Source of the DNA: Minisyncoccota bacterium
Lineage (GTDB): Bacteria; Patescibacteriota; Minisyncoccia; Phycocordibacterales; UBA9973
Length of the DNA stretch: 64,000 nucleotides
Direction: 5' to 3'
NCBI GenBank assembly: GCA_031972855.1
Contig: DALYDY010000004.1
Location: 6,697 to 70,696, forward strand
Shown: positions 1 through 8,814 of the stretch, in pieces
Numbering within the stretch: position 1 is the stretch's first letter
Layout of the letters: every line of letters begins with the position of its first letter
Notes under the pieces: generated by a model
Database searches by the model: none
Told to the model about the DNA's origin: nothing
What the model saw: the letters and a program-made list of their open reading frames with translations, nothing else
Position numbers and translations under genes: made by a program

Positions 1-769
1 GAAAAAAATGTTTTACAATTCTATCTTCAAGAGAATGAAAGCTTATTACAGCGAGAGTGCCCCCTGGTAAAAGATGATCAAAACCCTTTATTAAACCTTC
101 TTTCAAATTTTCTAGTTCATCATTAACAGCAATTCTGATTGCTTGAAATGTGCGTGTGGCTGGATGTATCTTTCCAAAACGATACAGCGCAGGAACAGCT
201 TCTTTAATGATTGCAACTAATTCAAAAGTGCTTTTTATTGGCTTCTCATCTCTCTTTGAAACTATATTGCGAGCAATACGACGAGAATATTTTTCTTCAC
301 CATAATACCTAATAATAGTTTCTAAATTATCCTCATCCCAAGTATTAACGACGTCATATGCAGTCATTTTTTCTTCTGTAGGGTCTTTTTCCATAGTCAT
401 CAAAAGTGGTTCATCTCTCATAAAAGAGAATCCTCTACCTGATGTATCTACGTGAGGAGAACTTATACCTAGATCGAAAAGAATTCCGTCAACTTTTTCT
501 ATGTGCAATTTTGAAAGCACATTGTCCAAGTTGCGAAATTCATCAAGAACAAAATGGTGTTCGTTTGGAAGATTTTTGAAAGTTTCTTCTGTGCGAATTA
601 TTGCATCAGAATCACGATCAATACCAATAATACGAATCGAGGGGCCAAAGCGCTCACACACTAAACGCGCATGACCTCCAGAACCAAGTGTTCCATCGAG
701 ATATGTGTTTCCTGGTTTTAAATCAAAACCAGCGATAACTTCTTTTAAAAGTACAGGAATATGTGTCAT
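1..769 (-). CDS. rsmH: 16S rRNA (cytosine1402-N4)-methyltransferase RsmH/MraW, C-terminus runs off the window edge
   Basis: Reverse-strand translation from the ATG at 769 gives MTHIPVLLKEVI...GTLGSGGHA... with an SAM-MTase fold and DNEL-type motifs. It sits immediately downstream of mraZ. Confidence 0.85.
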   Translation of the reverse strand, partial: MTHIPVLLKEVIAGFDLKPGNTYLDGTLGSGGHARLVCERFGPSIRIIGIDRDSDAIIRTEETFKNLPNEHHFVLDEFRNLDNVLSKLHIEKVDGILFDLGISSPHVDTSGRGFSFMRDEPLLMTMEKDPTEEKMTAYDVVNTWDEDNLETIIRYYGEEKYSRRIARNIVSKRDEKPIKSTFELVAIIKEAVPALYRFGKIHPATRTFQAIRIAVNDELENLKEGLIKGFDHLLPGGTLAVISFHSLEDRIVKHFF

Positions 770-776
770 ATTCCTT

Positions 777-1211
777 CTATAGGATACCTATGGTTCCAAG
801 CTTTTCAGCAAGGTCATCTGCACCCTTTTCTATTTCGTCACGATATTGTATCCATGTTGTTTCATCCCACATTTCGACACGGCTTTGAACGCCGATAAAA
901 ACAACATTTTTACCTAAACCAGCTTTTTCTTTTAGACGTTCTGGTAGTAAGATACGACCGTTTGAATCTATATCTACAACTGAAGCTTGTCCAAAAAAAT
1001 GACGATTAAAACTTCGTGGGTCTTTTTGAAGAATTGAAGTATCTGATAACTTAGAAGATATTTTTTCCCATTCACTTATTGGAAAAACGAAAAGACATTT
1101 ATCAAGTCCTGGTGTAATAACAACTTCACCTCCAAGTTCCTTTCGAAACTTTACTGGAAGCGAAATTCGTTTCTTTTCATCAAGAGTGTGTGTATATTCG
1201 CCAATAAGCAT
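777..1211 (-). CDS. mraZ: Transcriptional regulator MraZ
   Basis: The 144-aa product starts MLIGEYTHTLDEKKRISLPVKFRKEL and has two MraZ/SpoVT-AbrB-like halves. It lies upstream of rsmH. Confidence 0.9.
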   Translation of the reverse strand: MLIGEYTHTLDEKKRISLPVKFRKELGGEVVITPGLDKCLFVFPISEWEKISSKLSDTSILQKDPRSFNRHFFGQASVVDIDSNGRILLPERLKEKAGLGKNVVFIGVQSRVEMWDETTWIQYRDEIEKGADDLAEKLGTIGIL

Positions 1212-1256
1212 ATAATTCTTCGCAAGATTTGAGAGAAAATTGATGCCGTCAAATTT

Positions 1257-1304
1257 CCCACTTCATCCCACTTATTACCATTTTACACCACTTGTACTCC
1301 ACTT
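1257..1304 (-). promoter_or_regulatory. Array of five direct repeats (A)AGTGG(G) at 10-11 bp spacing, candidate MraZ operator
   Basis: The plus strand has CCCACTT or CCACTT at 1257, 1267, 1288 and 1299, with a degenerate copy at 1278. On the minus strand this reads AAGTGGG, 46-93 nt upstream of the mraZ ATG. Confidence 0.5.
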
Positions 1305-1317
1305 TCAAAAGAATCTG

Positions 1318-1442
1318 TGTGGATAAGTGGCGCTCGGCCACTCCTCTAGAAGGACGCGTATATTTTGTTGCTACAAAATTACTATTCTCGCCTGCCCGGC
1401 TACGAAATGTCGTTCTAGAGGAGTAGCCTCGCTTGATAGTAA
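1318..1442. other. GC-rich structured element of unassigned class; possible small ncRNA or leader
   Basis: A 16-bp near-perfect long-range stem (ctcctctagaaggacg ... cgtcgttctagaggag) encloses about 70 nt and contains internal hairpins (gtggcgctcggccac, ttttgttgctacaaaa). The region is GC-rich against an AT-rich background. Confidence 0.25.
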
Positions 1443-1506
1443 AATACAAACATTCATTTGACAAAAAATATATAAAATATATGATTAACATAGAAAAATA
1501 ATAGAA

Positions 1507-1764
1507 ATGAGAACACTTTTAAAAAGATCTTTAATGGAAACAAATTTTTCATTAAGGATAAAAGATCCTCATCAAAGAGAACTCATAATCTCTCACATCA
1601 AAGAAGAATTTCAAATATACGTAGATAAAAAATATAAAGATATCCGTACTTTTTTTAAGAAAAAAGAAAAAAAAGACGAAGATGTTTTTATTGGTTGCGT
1701 TGAAGAAGAGATTCAAAAGGCTGAAGGGAGAAACAGCGAGGAAAAATACTTTGAAGGATTTTAA
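1507..1764 (+). CDS. Small K/E-rich hypothetical protein (85 aa), doubtful
   Basis: An open frame followed by a clear intrinsic terminator. The sequence is low complexity, and AT-rich DNA generates ORFs like this by chance. Confidence 0.2.
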   Translation: MRTLLKRSLMETNFSLRIKDPHQRELIISHIKEEFQIYVDKKYKDIRTFFKKKEKKDEDVFIGCVEEEIQKAEGRNSEEKYFEGF

Positions 1765-1796
1765 AGGTCTGAACATTTTGTTTAGGCCTTTTATTT

Positions 1797-1824
1797 TAAA
1801 AACCTCCCGATTGGGAGGTTTTTT
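1797..1824. terminator. Bidirectional rho-independent terminator (cctccc gatt gggagg with flanking A/T runs)
   Basis: A perfect 6-bp GC stem flanked by aaaaa on one side and ttttt on the other. It lies at the 3' end of lysS (minus strand) and of the small plus-strand ORF. Confidence 0.7.
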
Positions 1825-1825
1825 G

Positions 1826-3313
1826 TTATTCATCACTTTTTGGTTTCATTATTGGGAAGAAAATTACATCTCGAAGATTTCTCTGTTCAGTAAATAGCGC
1901 TACCAATCTATCAATTCCCATACCAAATCCTGTCATTGGAGGCATACCATGTTCCATTGCTGTAAGGAATCTTTCATCAACAGACATAGCTTCGTCATCA
2001 CCTCCTTCTTTTGCACTTGATTGAGATTCAAGGAGCTTTCTCTCCAACATTGGGTCAACAAGCTCAGCATATTGATTTGTGATTTCAGCACCAGCAATCA
2101 CTAACTGTGCTACACGCGCTGTTCCATCAACATTCTGTTGTGCGAGAGGCTTCAAATCACTTGGATAATCTAGAACGAATGTTGGTTGAATAAGTTTTGG
2201 ACGAGCTGTCTTTTTGAAAATATGATCAAGCAAATTTCCCTTTCCTGTTTTTAGTGCTTCATTTTTATCAAGACCAAGTTCTATTGCTTTATCACGGATT
2301 TCATCAAGATTAGCAGTAAACATATCAAACTCTGCATATTGTTTCAAAAGATCAGCAAAAGTTATACGTGTCCAAGCTCCATCAAAATATACAGTATGTT
2401 CATTTCCTTCTTTATCAAAAACTGTAAATGTTGTTTTTCCAACTATATCTTGAGCAAGATATCGGAGAAGCTCTTCTGTCCAATTCAAATTTTCTTCAAG
2501 AGTTGCGTAAGCTGCATACCATTCCATCATCGTAAATTCTTGAATATGAGTTGGATCAGAACCTTCATTTCTAAAATTTTTTCCTATTTCATAAATACGT
2601 TCATATCCTCCAACAGTCAAAATTTTGTGATCAAGTTCAAGAGCTATACGAAGCACCATTGGAATTTGATAATCATTGTGATTTGTTTCAAAAACACGTG
2701 CCATCGCACCACCTGCTTGTGATTGCAATATAGGCGTTTCAACTTCCAAGAACCCAAGGTCATCAAAATATCCTCTAATAGCCTTTATTATTTTTGAACG
2801 AATAATAAATCTATTATGAGATGAGTCATCCATCAAAACATCCAAATATCTTTTTCTGTATATTTCTTCAACATCTTGAAGGCCATGCCATTTATCAGGG
2901 AGAGGGCGAAGAGATTTTGTAAGCATCATCCAATCTGAAACTAAGATTGTTTTTTGACCTGTATTTGTTTCAAATAATGTTCCTGTTACTTGTATAAAAT
3001 CTCCAATATCAACAGTATTTGCAAAAAGACTCATTAGAAGCTCTGAAATTTCATCTTTCTTTATACAACATTGAATAGTTCCACTTCCGTCTTTTATATT
3101 AAAAAACATAATGGCTCCTTGACCACGTAATGCCATCACCCTTCCAACAATACAAACAATAGAAGAAGTAGAAACTAAGTTATTAAAATTTTCTAAGACT
3201 TCAAACGTTTGATGAGTTCTATCAGTATTACTTGCATATGGAGCCATTCCAGATTCTTCTAGAAGAGCTTTTTTTTGTAAACGAATTAAACGTAATTCTT
3301 CAAGTGATGCCAT
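1826..3313 (-). CDS. lysS: Lysyl-tRNA synthetase, class II
   Basis: The 495-aa product has an N-terminal OB anticodon-binding region and class II core motifs (FRNEG..., GGGIGIDRL-like). Confidence 0.9.
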   Translation of the reverse strand: MASLEELRLIRLQKKALLEESGMAPYASNTDRTHQTFEVLENFNNLVSTSSIVCIVGRVMALRGQGAIMFFNIKDGSGTIQCCIKKDEISELLMSLFANTVDIGDFIQVTGTLFETNTGQKTILVSDWMMLTKSLRPLPDKWHGLQDVEEIYRKRYLDVLMDDSSHNRFIIRSKIIKAIRGYFDDLGFLEVETPILQSQAGGAMARVFETNHNDYQIPMVLRIALELDHKILTVGGYERIYEIGKNFRNEGSDPTHIQEFTMMEWYAAYATLEENLNWTEELLRYLAQDIVGKTTFTVFDKEGNEHTVYFDGAWTRITFADLLKQYAEFDMFTANLDEIRDKAIELGLDKNEALKTGKGNLLDHIFKKTARPKLIQPTFVLDYPSDLKPLAQQNVDGTARVAQLVIAGAEITNQYAELVDPMLERKLLESQSSAKEGGDDEAMSVDERFLTAMEHGMPPMTGFGMGIDRLVALFTEQRNLRDVIFFPIMKPKSDE

Positions 3314-3323
3314 AATAATTATT

Positions 3324-3791
3324 TTACCTTATTTCTTTGATTTTATATATAGTGATTCCTTTTGGTGTAGTGAATTCAACATTATCTCCAATACGTCCTC
3401 CAAAAAGAGCTTGCCCTAAAGGAGAGTGGTGGGATATTCTTCCAAGCATCAAATCAGCATCTTCTTTTCCAACAATTTGAAAAACTTTTTCTTTTCCGTC
3501 TTCTGCAACAACAGTAACAGTAGAACCCATAACAACCATATCTGTAACTCTGTTTTCAGACATAACAACAGAATTTCTCAAAATATGATCAATTATTTTT
3601 ATACGGTCTTCATTTTTTCCTTGAAGCTCACGAGCTTCATGATATTCGGCATTTTCAGATAAATCTCCAAGTGACTTTGCATATTCAAGTTGAGTCAAAA
3701 TTTCACGTCTTTTTGTACTACGCAAAAGTTCAAGCTCTTGTTCGAGTTCAGCCTTTTTTTCTTTTGTTATGTAATCTCTTTCGTATTCCAT
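3324..3791 (-). CDS. greA: Transcription elongation factor GreA
   Basis: The 155-aa product has a coiled-coil N-terminal domain and an FKBP-like C-terminal domain (…LSENAEYHEAREL…). Confidence 0.9.
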   Translation of the reverse strand: MEYERDYITKEKKAELEQELELLRSTKRREILTQLEYAKSLGDLSENAEYHEARELQGKNEDRIKIIDHILRNSVVMSENRVTDMVVMGSTVTVVAEDGKEKVFQIVGKEDADLMLGRISHHSPLGQALFGGRIGDNVEFTTPKGITIYKIKEIR

Positions 3792-3825
3792 AGGAGTATA
3801 GTACCTTAAAATGAGGTCAAATTCA

Positions 3826-3876
3826 AATGTAAAAATACCCTGATTTTACTTCACGAAATCAGGGTATTTTTACATT
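3826..3876. terminator. 20-bp perfect hairpin terminator between the PBP gene and greA
   Basis: The stem pairs gtaaaaataccctgatt (extended by three flanking A:T pairs to 20 bp at 3826-3845) with aatcagggtatttttac (3857-3876). Confidence 0.6.
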
Positions 3877-3888
3877 AAATAAATATTT

Positions 3889-5565
3889 TTACTTCAAATA
3901 TTCTGGAGTATGGATCTGCATCCACTCCATAGTGAACTTCATTGCATTAGAAGCACTCGCAACCTGATTTGTCACCCCACTTTCCATTAAAACAGCAAAA
4001 GCATATTTTGGATTCTCATAAGGGAAAAATCCTATTACCCAAGAATTAACTCTATTTTTCAAAATTCCAACTTGAGCAGTACCTGATTTTGCAGCAACAG
4101 AAAATGCTTTCAACGATTGTCCTGTACCCTCTGTAACAACCATTCTCATTCCCTCTTGTACCACCTTATAATATGTTTCATTATCAATTAAATTTATTTT
4201 TTGTTTTGGTCTTTCTTTATTCAAAACAAATCCAGGCGTCACGAGCTCCCCACCGTTTGCAATTGCAGCTGTAGCTCTCACCATCTGAATTGGAGTTACC
4301 TGAAAACCATATTGTCCGATTGATGTGTGGTATGTATTACCTATTCTCCATGGATCATTTGGAAAATTTTTCTTCTTCCATGCAATATTTGGGATTATAC
4401 CTGATAATTCATTTGGCAAATCAACTCCTGTTTTTTCGCCAATACCAAAAGCTTTAGAGTATTTCTCAATATTTACAATACCTAAACCTTTTTGATCTTT
4501 ATAACCTCCACTAATTTCATAAAAATAAACATTAGAAGACACAGCTAGAGCCTCTCTCATGTCAACATATCCATGAGCCTTATTATCCTTAAAAATACTG
4601 TCTGGTCCTCCATATATATTTGGAATAACTATTTGCCCAGTACTCAATATTTGTGTAGATGGATCAATAATTTTTTCATTAAGAGCTCCTATTGCCAAAA
4701 ATGGTTTTACAATAGACCCAGGCGTATAAACACCAGATAAAACACGATTAATAAAAACCCTTCTCGAATCTTCTAAATAATCTTTAATAATACTTTGGTT
4801 TTCACCTTTGGATAATATGTTTGGATCGTATTCAGGATAACTAGTCATTGCGAGTATATCTCCGTTTTGAATATCCATAATTATTCCTCCACCACCACGA
4901 TAACCAGAACTCTGCGCAAGACCTTCTATTCCTTTATATAATCCCATCTGCACTCTTGCGTCAACAGACACCATCAAATCTGTTCCGTGCTCTGGTGGAT
5001 TTATAGTATTTTCTGAATAAACATTACCATAAACATCTTCTTCAAAAATCTTTACACCATTTTTTCCTTCTAGAGATTTATTATATATTTTTTCAACACC
5101 ATCTTTTGCAACAAAAGAATCTCTCCAAAAATTTCCAGAACTATCTTTTTCTGGATATTTTATATATCCGAGCAAATGCGCAAATCCTGGATTTTTGTAA
5201 TACACACGATCAGCAAAAGGCTGTTCTGGTATTAGTCTTTCATTCCAAGCAAGCTCAACTTTATTTCGATCATATATAATTCCGCGATCAGCAAAAATTG
5301 GAGTAGTATTTAAACTATTTCTTTCACTTTTTGCCAAATAATTATCACCTTGAATTATTTGAACATAAAACAATCTTCCTATAAAAATAAAAAATACAAT
5401 TGAAACAAAAAATCCAAAAACAAAAAAAGGTTTTTCTTTTATTGCTTTTTCCAATCTTCCCTCAAATTGTTGGGTATTAAAATTTGGAAGATTTTGAGCG
5501 TCAATCAATATTTCATCTGGATCAACTTCTAAATATCTTCTTTTTTTCTTTTTAAATAAACTCAT
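3889..5565 (-). CDS. Penicillin-binding protein 2 / FtsI-type peptidoglycan transpeptidase
   Basis: An N-terminal TM helix plus transpeptidase motifs SxxK (SIVK), SSN and KSG. The start was taken at MSLFKKKK, internal to the longer ORF. Confidence 0.8.
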   Translation of the reverse strand: MSLFKKKKRRYLEVDPDEILIDAQNLPNFNTQQFEGRLEKAIKEKPFFVFGFFVSIVFFIFIGRLFYVQIIQGDNYLAKSERNSLNTTPIFADRGIIYDRNKVELAWNERLIPEQPFADRVYYKNPGFAHLLGYIKYPEKDSSGNFWRDSFVAKDGVEKIYNKSLEGKNGVKIFEEDVYGNVYSENTINPPEHGTDLMVSVDARVQMGLYKGIEGLAQSSGYRGGGGIIMDIQNGDILAMTSYPEYDPNILSKGENQSIIKDYLEDSRRVFINRVLSGVYTPGSIVKPFLAIGALNEKIIDPSTQILSTGQIVIPNIYGGPDSIFKDNKAHGYVDMREALAVSSNVYFYEISGGYKDQKGLGIVNIEKYSKAFGIGEKTGVDLPNELSGIIPNIAWKKKNFPNDPWRIGNTYHTSIGQYGFQVTPIQMVRATAAIANGGELVTPGFVLNKERPKQKINLIDNETYYKVVQEGMRMVVTEGTGQSLKAFSVAAKSGTAQVGILKNRVNSWVIGFFPYENPKYAFAVLMESGVTNQVASASNAMKFTMEWMQIHTPEYLK

Positions 5566-5887
5566 ATGAATTATTATTCTTTCTTGTATATTTTTTAATA
5601 ATAAAAATAACAGTAGATATAGAAACAATTATTAATCCCTCAAAAAGATAAAATCTAGACCCGTCTGAAAAAAGCAAAACCCTAACCAAAGCAAACAAAA
5701 GTGCAACAAAGAAACCAAACCAATTTAAAATTAGCCCAACAACCAAAAAAGAAGCACCTATATAAAAAGGAAATGAGATTCCCAATAAAAAAAGTGTAAT
5801 TGTGGTTATTATAGATTTATTTAAATTTAATAAATTATTTTTCATCTTTAAAAACAGAAGACACAGCGTCAACAATACGTTCATCAA
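5552..5887 (-). CDS. Small multi-TM membrane protein, hypothetical
   Basis: The 111-aa product is hydrophobic and overlaps the PBP start. It could be an FtsL- or DoxX-like partner, but nothing establishes that. Confidence 0.3.
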   Translation of the reverse strand: MMNVLLTLCLLFLKMKNNLLNLNKSIITTITLFLLGISFPFYIGASFLVVGLILNWFGFFVALLFALVRVLLFSDGSRFYLFEGLIIVSISTVIFIIKKYTRKNNNSYEFI

Positions 5888-6962
5888 AGACTCCTGGCAA
5901 AATATTTTCTCTACTTGGATTGTCTACCAAAGAAGATAGTGCGTGAGCTACTCTCAAAAAATGTTCGTCTGTAAATTGGGTTAATTTATTTTCTAAAGCA
6001 CCTTTAAAAATACCTGGAAAAGCAAGGACATTATTTATTTGATTTGGAAAATCTGACCTGCCAGTAGAAACAATAAAAGCTCCAGCATCAATGGCTTCCT
6101 CTGGAAAAATCTCTGGTATAGGATTTGCTAGTGCAAATATAATAGGATCTTTTGCCATTGTTCTAATCATATCTTTTGTAAGAACGCCTGGCTTACTAAC
6201 ACCAATAAACACATCAGCACCTTCAACAATATCAACAAGCTCACCTTTTGCCCATGGCTCACCTATTTGTTGTAGAAGTTTTTTCTTTTCGTCATTTATA
6301 TCATCTCTTACAGAAGATAATATTCCACCACTATCAACTATAGAAATATATTTTACTCCTGCAACAATAAGAAGCTTGGTAATAGCTGTACCAGCAGCGC
6401 CAGCGCCAGAGAGAACAACTCTTATATTTTCTATCTTTGAATTTCTTATTTTTAAAGCATTCAAAAGTCCAGCAAGAACAACAACTGCTGTACCGTGTTG
6501 ATCATCATGCATAACAGGAATAGAGAGCTCTTCTCTCAATCTTCTTTCAATTTCAAAACATCTAGGAGCTGCAATATCTTCTAAATTTATTCCACCAAAA
6601 GAAGGGGCTATATTTTTTATTGTTTGTATTATTTCTTCTGTATTTTGAGTATCCAAACATATTGGAACAGCATCTATATCTGCAAATTGTTTAAATAGCG
6701 CTGCTTTTCCCTCCATAACAGGAAAAGCTGCTTCTGGACCAAGATTACCAATTCCAAGTATTGCTGAACCGTCAGTAACAACAGCAACTACCCTATTTTT
6801 CCATGTGTAATCATTTACAAGTTTTTTATCATTTGAGATAGCTAAAGAAACAAGAGCCACACCAGGAGTATAGGCAAATGGAAGGTTCTCTTTTGTTATT
6901 GGCTCAGTAAGAGCTATTTTTATTTTTCCTTTATTTTTAAGATGAAATTCTAGTGGGTTCAT
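5835..6962 (-). CDS. NAD(P)-dependent malic enzyme (short form)
   Basis: The product has FAYTPGVA, DDQHGTA and a GAGAAG Rossmann motif, typical of a malic enzyme or MaeB N-terminal domain. Confidence 0.8.
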   Translation of the reverse strand: MNPLEFHLKNKGKIKIALTEPITKENLPFAYTPGVALVSLAISNDKKLVNDYTWKNRVVAVVTDGSAILGIGNLGPEAAFPVMEGKAALFKQFADIDAVPICLDTQNTEEIIQTIKNIAPSFGGINLEDIAAPRCFEIERRLREELSIPVMHDDQHGTAVVVLAGLLNALKIRNSKIENIRVVLSGAGAAGTAITKLLIVAGVKYISIVDSGGILSSVRDDINDEKKKLLQQIGEPWAKGELVDIVEGADVFIGVSKPGVLTKDMIRTMAKDPIIFALANPIPEIFPEEAIDAGAFIVSTGRSDFPNQINNVLAFPGIFKGALENKLTQFTDEHFLRVAHALSSLVDNPSRENILPGVFDERIVDAVSSVFKDEK

Positions 6963-6971
6963 AATTGTGGA

Positions 6972-7778
6972 TTATCTTCTAATTTTTCTGTATACAAATC
7001 GTAACAGTAAATATGAAATTAAAATTAATAAGCTAAAAAATATAACTTTTATATTAAACAAAAACAGAAGTACAGTGAATAAATAATATTTTGCAATTGC
7101 AAATGGATTGTCTGGAATAAAAGAAGCTTTTTTTGTTTTTACAGAATCATCTTTTACAATAACTTTGTCTTTTTCTACTTTTGCAATATCTTTTTGTTTT
7201 TCAAAAAATAGAGATGAGTCATTTCTTGCTGTATCTATTTTTGTAAAAATATTTGAAGCAGTTTTTGGAATATCTGTAGCTATATTATTACCAAAATTTT
7301 TAAAAGTTTTTGAAACATTTTCTGTTCCACTTTCTTTTATTTTTTCTTCAACTTTAACCAACTCAGGTTCTTTTACTTGTATAACATTTTCTTTTGTTTC
7401 TTGAGAAATATCTATAGTTTTTATTTCTACACCTTTCAAATCTACAAGTCTTGAATTTTCTAAAACAGCTCTCACTCTATATGTACCTGAGGTCGGCTTC
7501 CAATCAACAGAAACATCTTTTACAGTCTTACTCGGGACAATAATTTCTCTCCTACCTAAAACGACTTTATCATTATAGAAAACAACCATTCCTTTTAATT
7601 GTTCAGTACTGCCATTATATATAAGTGTATATATTTTTACACTTTCACCGCCCACAATAGAATCTTTTGAAAACCATATTGGATTTTCTATAAAACCTAC
7701 AGGAGTATTATTGTCTGCATAAATAGGACTCCCTCCCAAAAAAAATGATATAAGAATAGCGGTTAAAATAAAACGCAT
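6972..7778 (-). CDS. Secreted protein with a C-terminal membrane anchor, hypothetical
   Basis: An N-terminal signal peptide (MRFILTAILISFFLGGSPIYA) and a C-terminal TM helix, with a K/E-rich middle region. Confidence 0.4.
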   Translation of the reverse strand: MRFILTAILISFFLGGSPIYADNNTPVGFIENPIWFSKDSIVGGESVKIYTLIYNGSTEQLKGMVVFYNDKVVLGRREIIVPSKTVKDVSVDWKPTSGTYRVRAVLENSRLVDLKGVEIKTIDISQETKENVIQVKEPELVKVEEKIKESGTENVSKTFKNFGNNIATDIPKTASNIFTKIDTARNDSSLFFEKQKDIAKVEKDKVIVKDDSVKTKKASFIPDNPFAIAKYYLFTVLLFLFNIKVIFFSLLILISYLLLRFVYRKIRR

Positions 7779-7804
7779 AATATATAGTATATCACAAGAA
7801 AATT

Positions 7805-8401
7805 TTATGAAGGTAGCACAAAAAATCCTAAATAAACTGCAATAAAATTTAACACTGAGTGAAGTATTGATATCAAAACAATATTAGGTTTTTTGTAATA
7901 TATATAAGAAAACATAAGACCAGCAAAAAAAGCAAAAGGTAGCATTATTTGTTTTTGAGGATATATTATATGCAACAATGTAAATAAAAATGTATTAGAC
8001 AATATAACTGTCCACATATTTGTAAATAGACTTTTTAATTTGTGCATCAAAAAACTTCTATAAAGAACTTCTTGCAAAATAGAGACAGGAATAAATAGAG
8101 TTAGAAGTCTTTTGTTTTCCCACCAATGCATACTTGGACCTATTGGAAGTATTTTTTCCGAATAAATAGTACACAACAAACCTACGGCAAAAGCTCCTAA
8201 ATACCATAAAAAATATTTCCACCAAGGATCAGTAAAGCCAGCATCTTCATGTGAAAATTTTTCATGACGCATTATACCAACAACCAAAAGTGTTACAGAA
8301 AAAAGAATAATGACTCTAAAATCTACAGGTAAAACACCAAAATAAATAAGTAGTACAGGTACAACAAAAATATAAATAATTTGAAGTAATGCCAATCGCA
8401 T
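7805..8401 (-). CDS. CPBP-family intramembrane metalloprotease (CAAX protease / Abi-like)
   Basis: Multi-TM protein with the motifs QEVLYR (EExxxR), FTLLH (FxxxH) and HSVLN (HxxxN). Confidence 0.7.
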   Translation of the reverse strand: MRLALLQIIYIFVVPVLLIYFGVLPVDFRVIILFSVTLLVVGIMRHEKFSHEDAGFTDPWWKYFLWYLGAFAVGLLCTIYSEKILPIGPSMHWWENKRLLTLFIPVSILQEVLYRSFLMHKLKSLFTNMWTVILSNTFLFTLLHIIYPQKQIMLPFAFFAGLMFSYIYYKKPNIVLISILHSVLNFIAVYLGFFVLPS

Positions 8402-8405
8402 ATTT

Positions 8406-8798
8406 TTACACCAAAGATTCTTTTATTGCTTTTTCTATGTAAGACAAAACATCTTTTGGCTCAACATCAGATTTGACCAAATAATAGAAAGCGCCAATAT
8501 CTAAAGCCTTAGAAATTCTATCGAAATCGCCATAATTAGAAAGGATAATGACTGGAACCTTTTTACCCCAAGAATCCTCTCTTAATTGTTTAAGAAATTC
8601 AAATCCATCCATTATAGGCATAGTGAGATCTGTAACTATAACATTAGGATGAGATTCTATTGCTAATTTTAATCCCTGAGCTCCATTCTCAGCGACTTCT
8701 ATATCAAAACCGGCATCTATACATTTATTTCTTAATAAATCTATAAAAGTTTTATCATCTTCAATTAAAAGTACTTTGTATTTATTGTTTGTATCCAT
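8406..8798 (-). CDS. Single-domain response regulator (receiver domain)
   Basis: Sequence KVLLIEDD...VTDLTMPIMDGFEFL...K, with the start at MDTNNKY. It overlaps the upstream kinase gene. Confidence 0.8.
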   Translation of the reverse strand: MDTNNKYKVLLIEDDKTFIDLLRNKCIDAGFDIEVAENGAQGLKLAIESHPNVIVTDLTMPIMDGFEFLKQLREDSWGKKVPVIILSNYGDFDRISKALDIGAFYYLVKSDVEPKDVLSYIEKAIKESLV

Positions 8799-8814
8799 AA
8801 TGTTTTTATTATAG

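Noticed and set aside
1318-1442. SRP (4.5S) RNA or 5S rRNA
   Set aside because: The size and the closing helix are compatible. The conserved SRP domain IV motif (GGAAGGAAGCAGC / GNRA apical loop) and the 5S loop motifs are absent on both strands.
1249-1491. 80-aa minus-strand ORF
   Set aside because: It overlaps the MraZ-box repeats and the GC-rich structured element, and its composition is driven by those repeats. It is probably not coding.
2339-2722. Plus-strand 127-aa ORF inside lysS. The same reasoning applies to 6091..6501 (inside malic enzyme), 9801..9995, 29870..30307 and 30439..30834 (inside topA), 36191..36835 (inside infB), 44914..45378 (inside the 731-aa surface-protein gene), 49792..50151 and 53591..53845.
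   Set aside because: These are shadow ORFs antisense to, or out of frame with, well-supported genes. They are typical low-complexity translations of AT-rich coding DNA.
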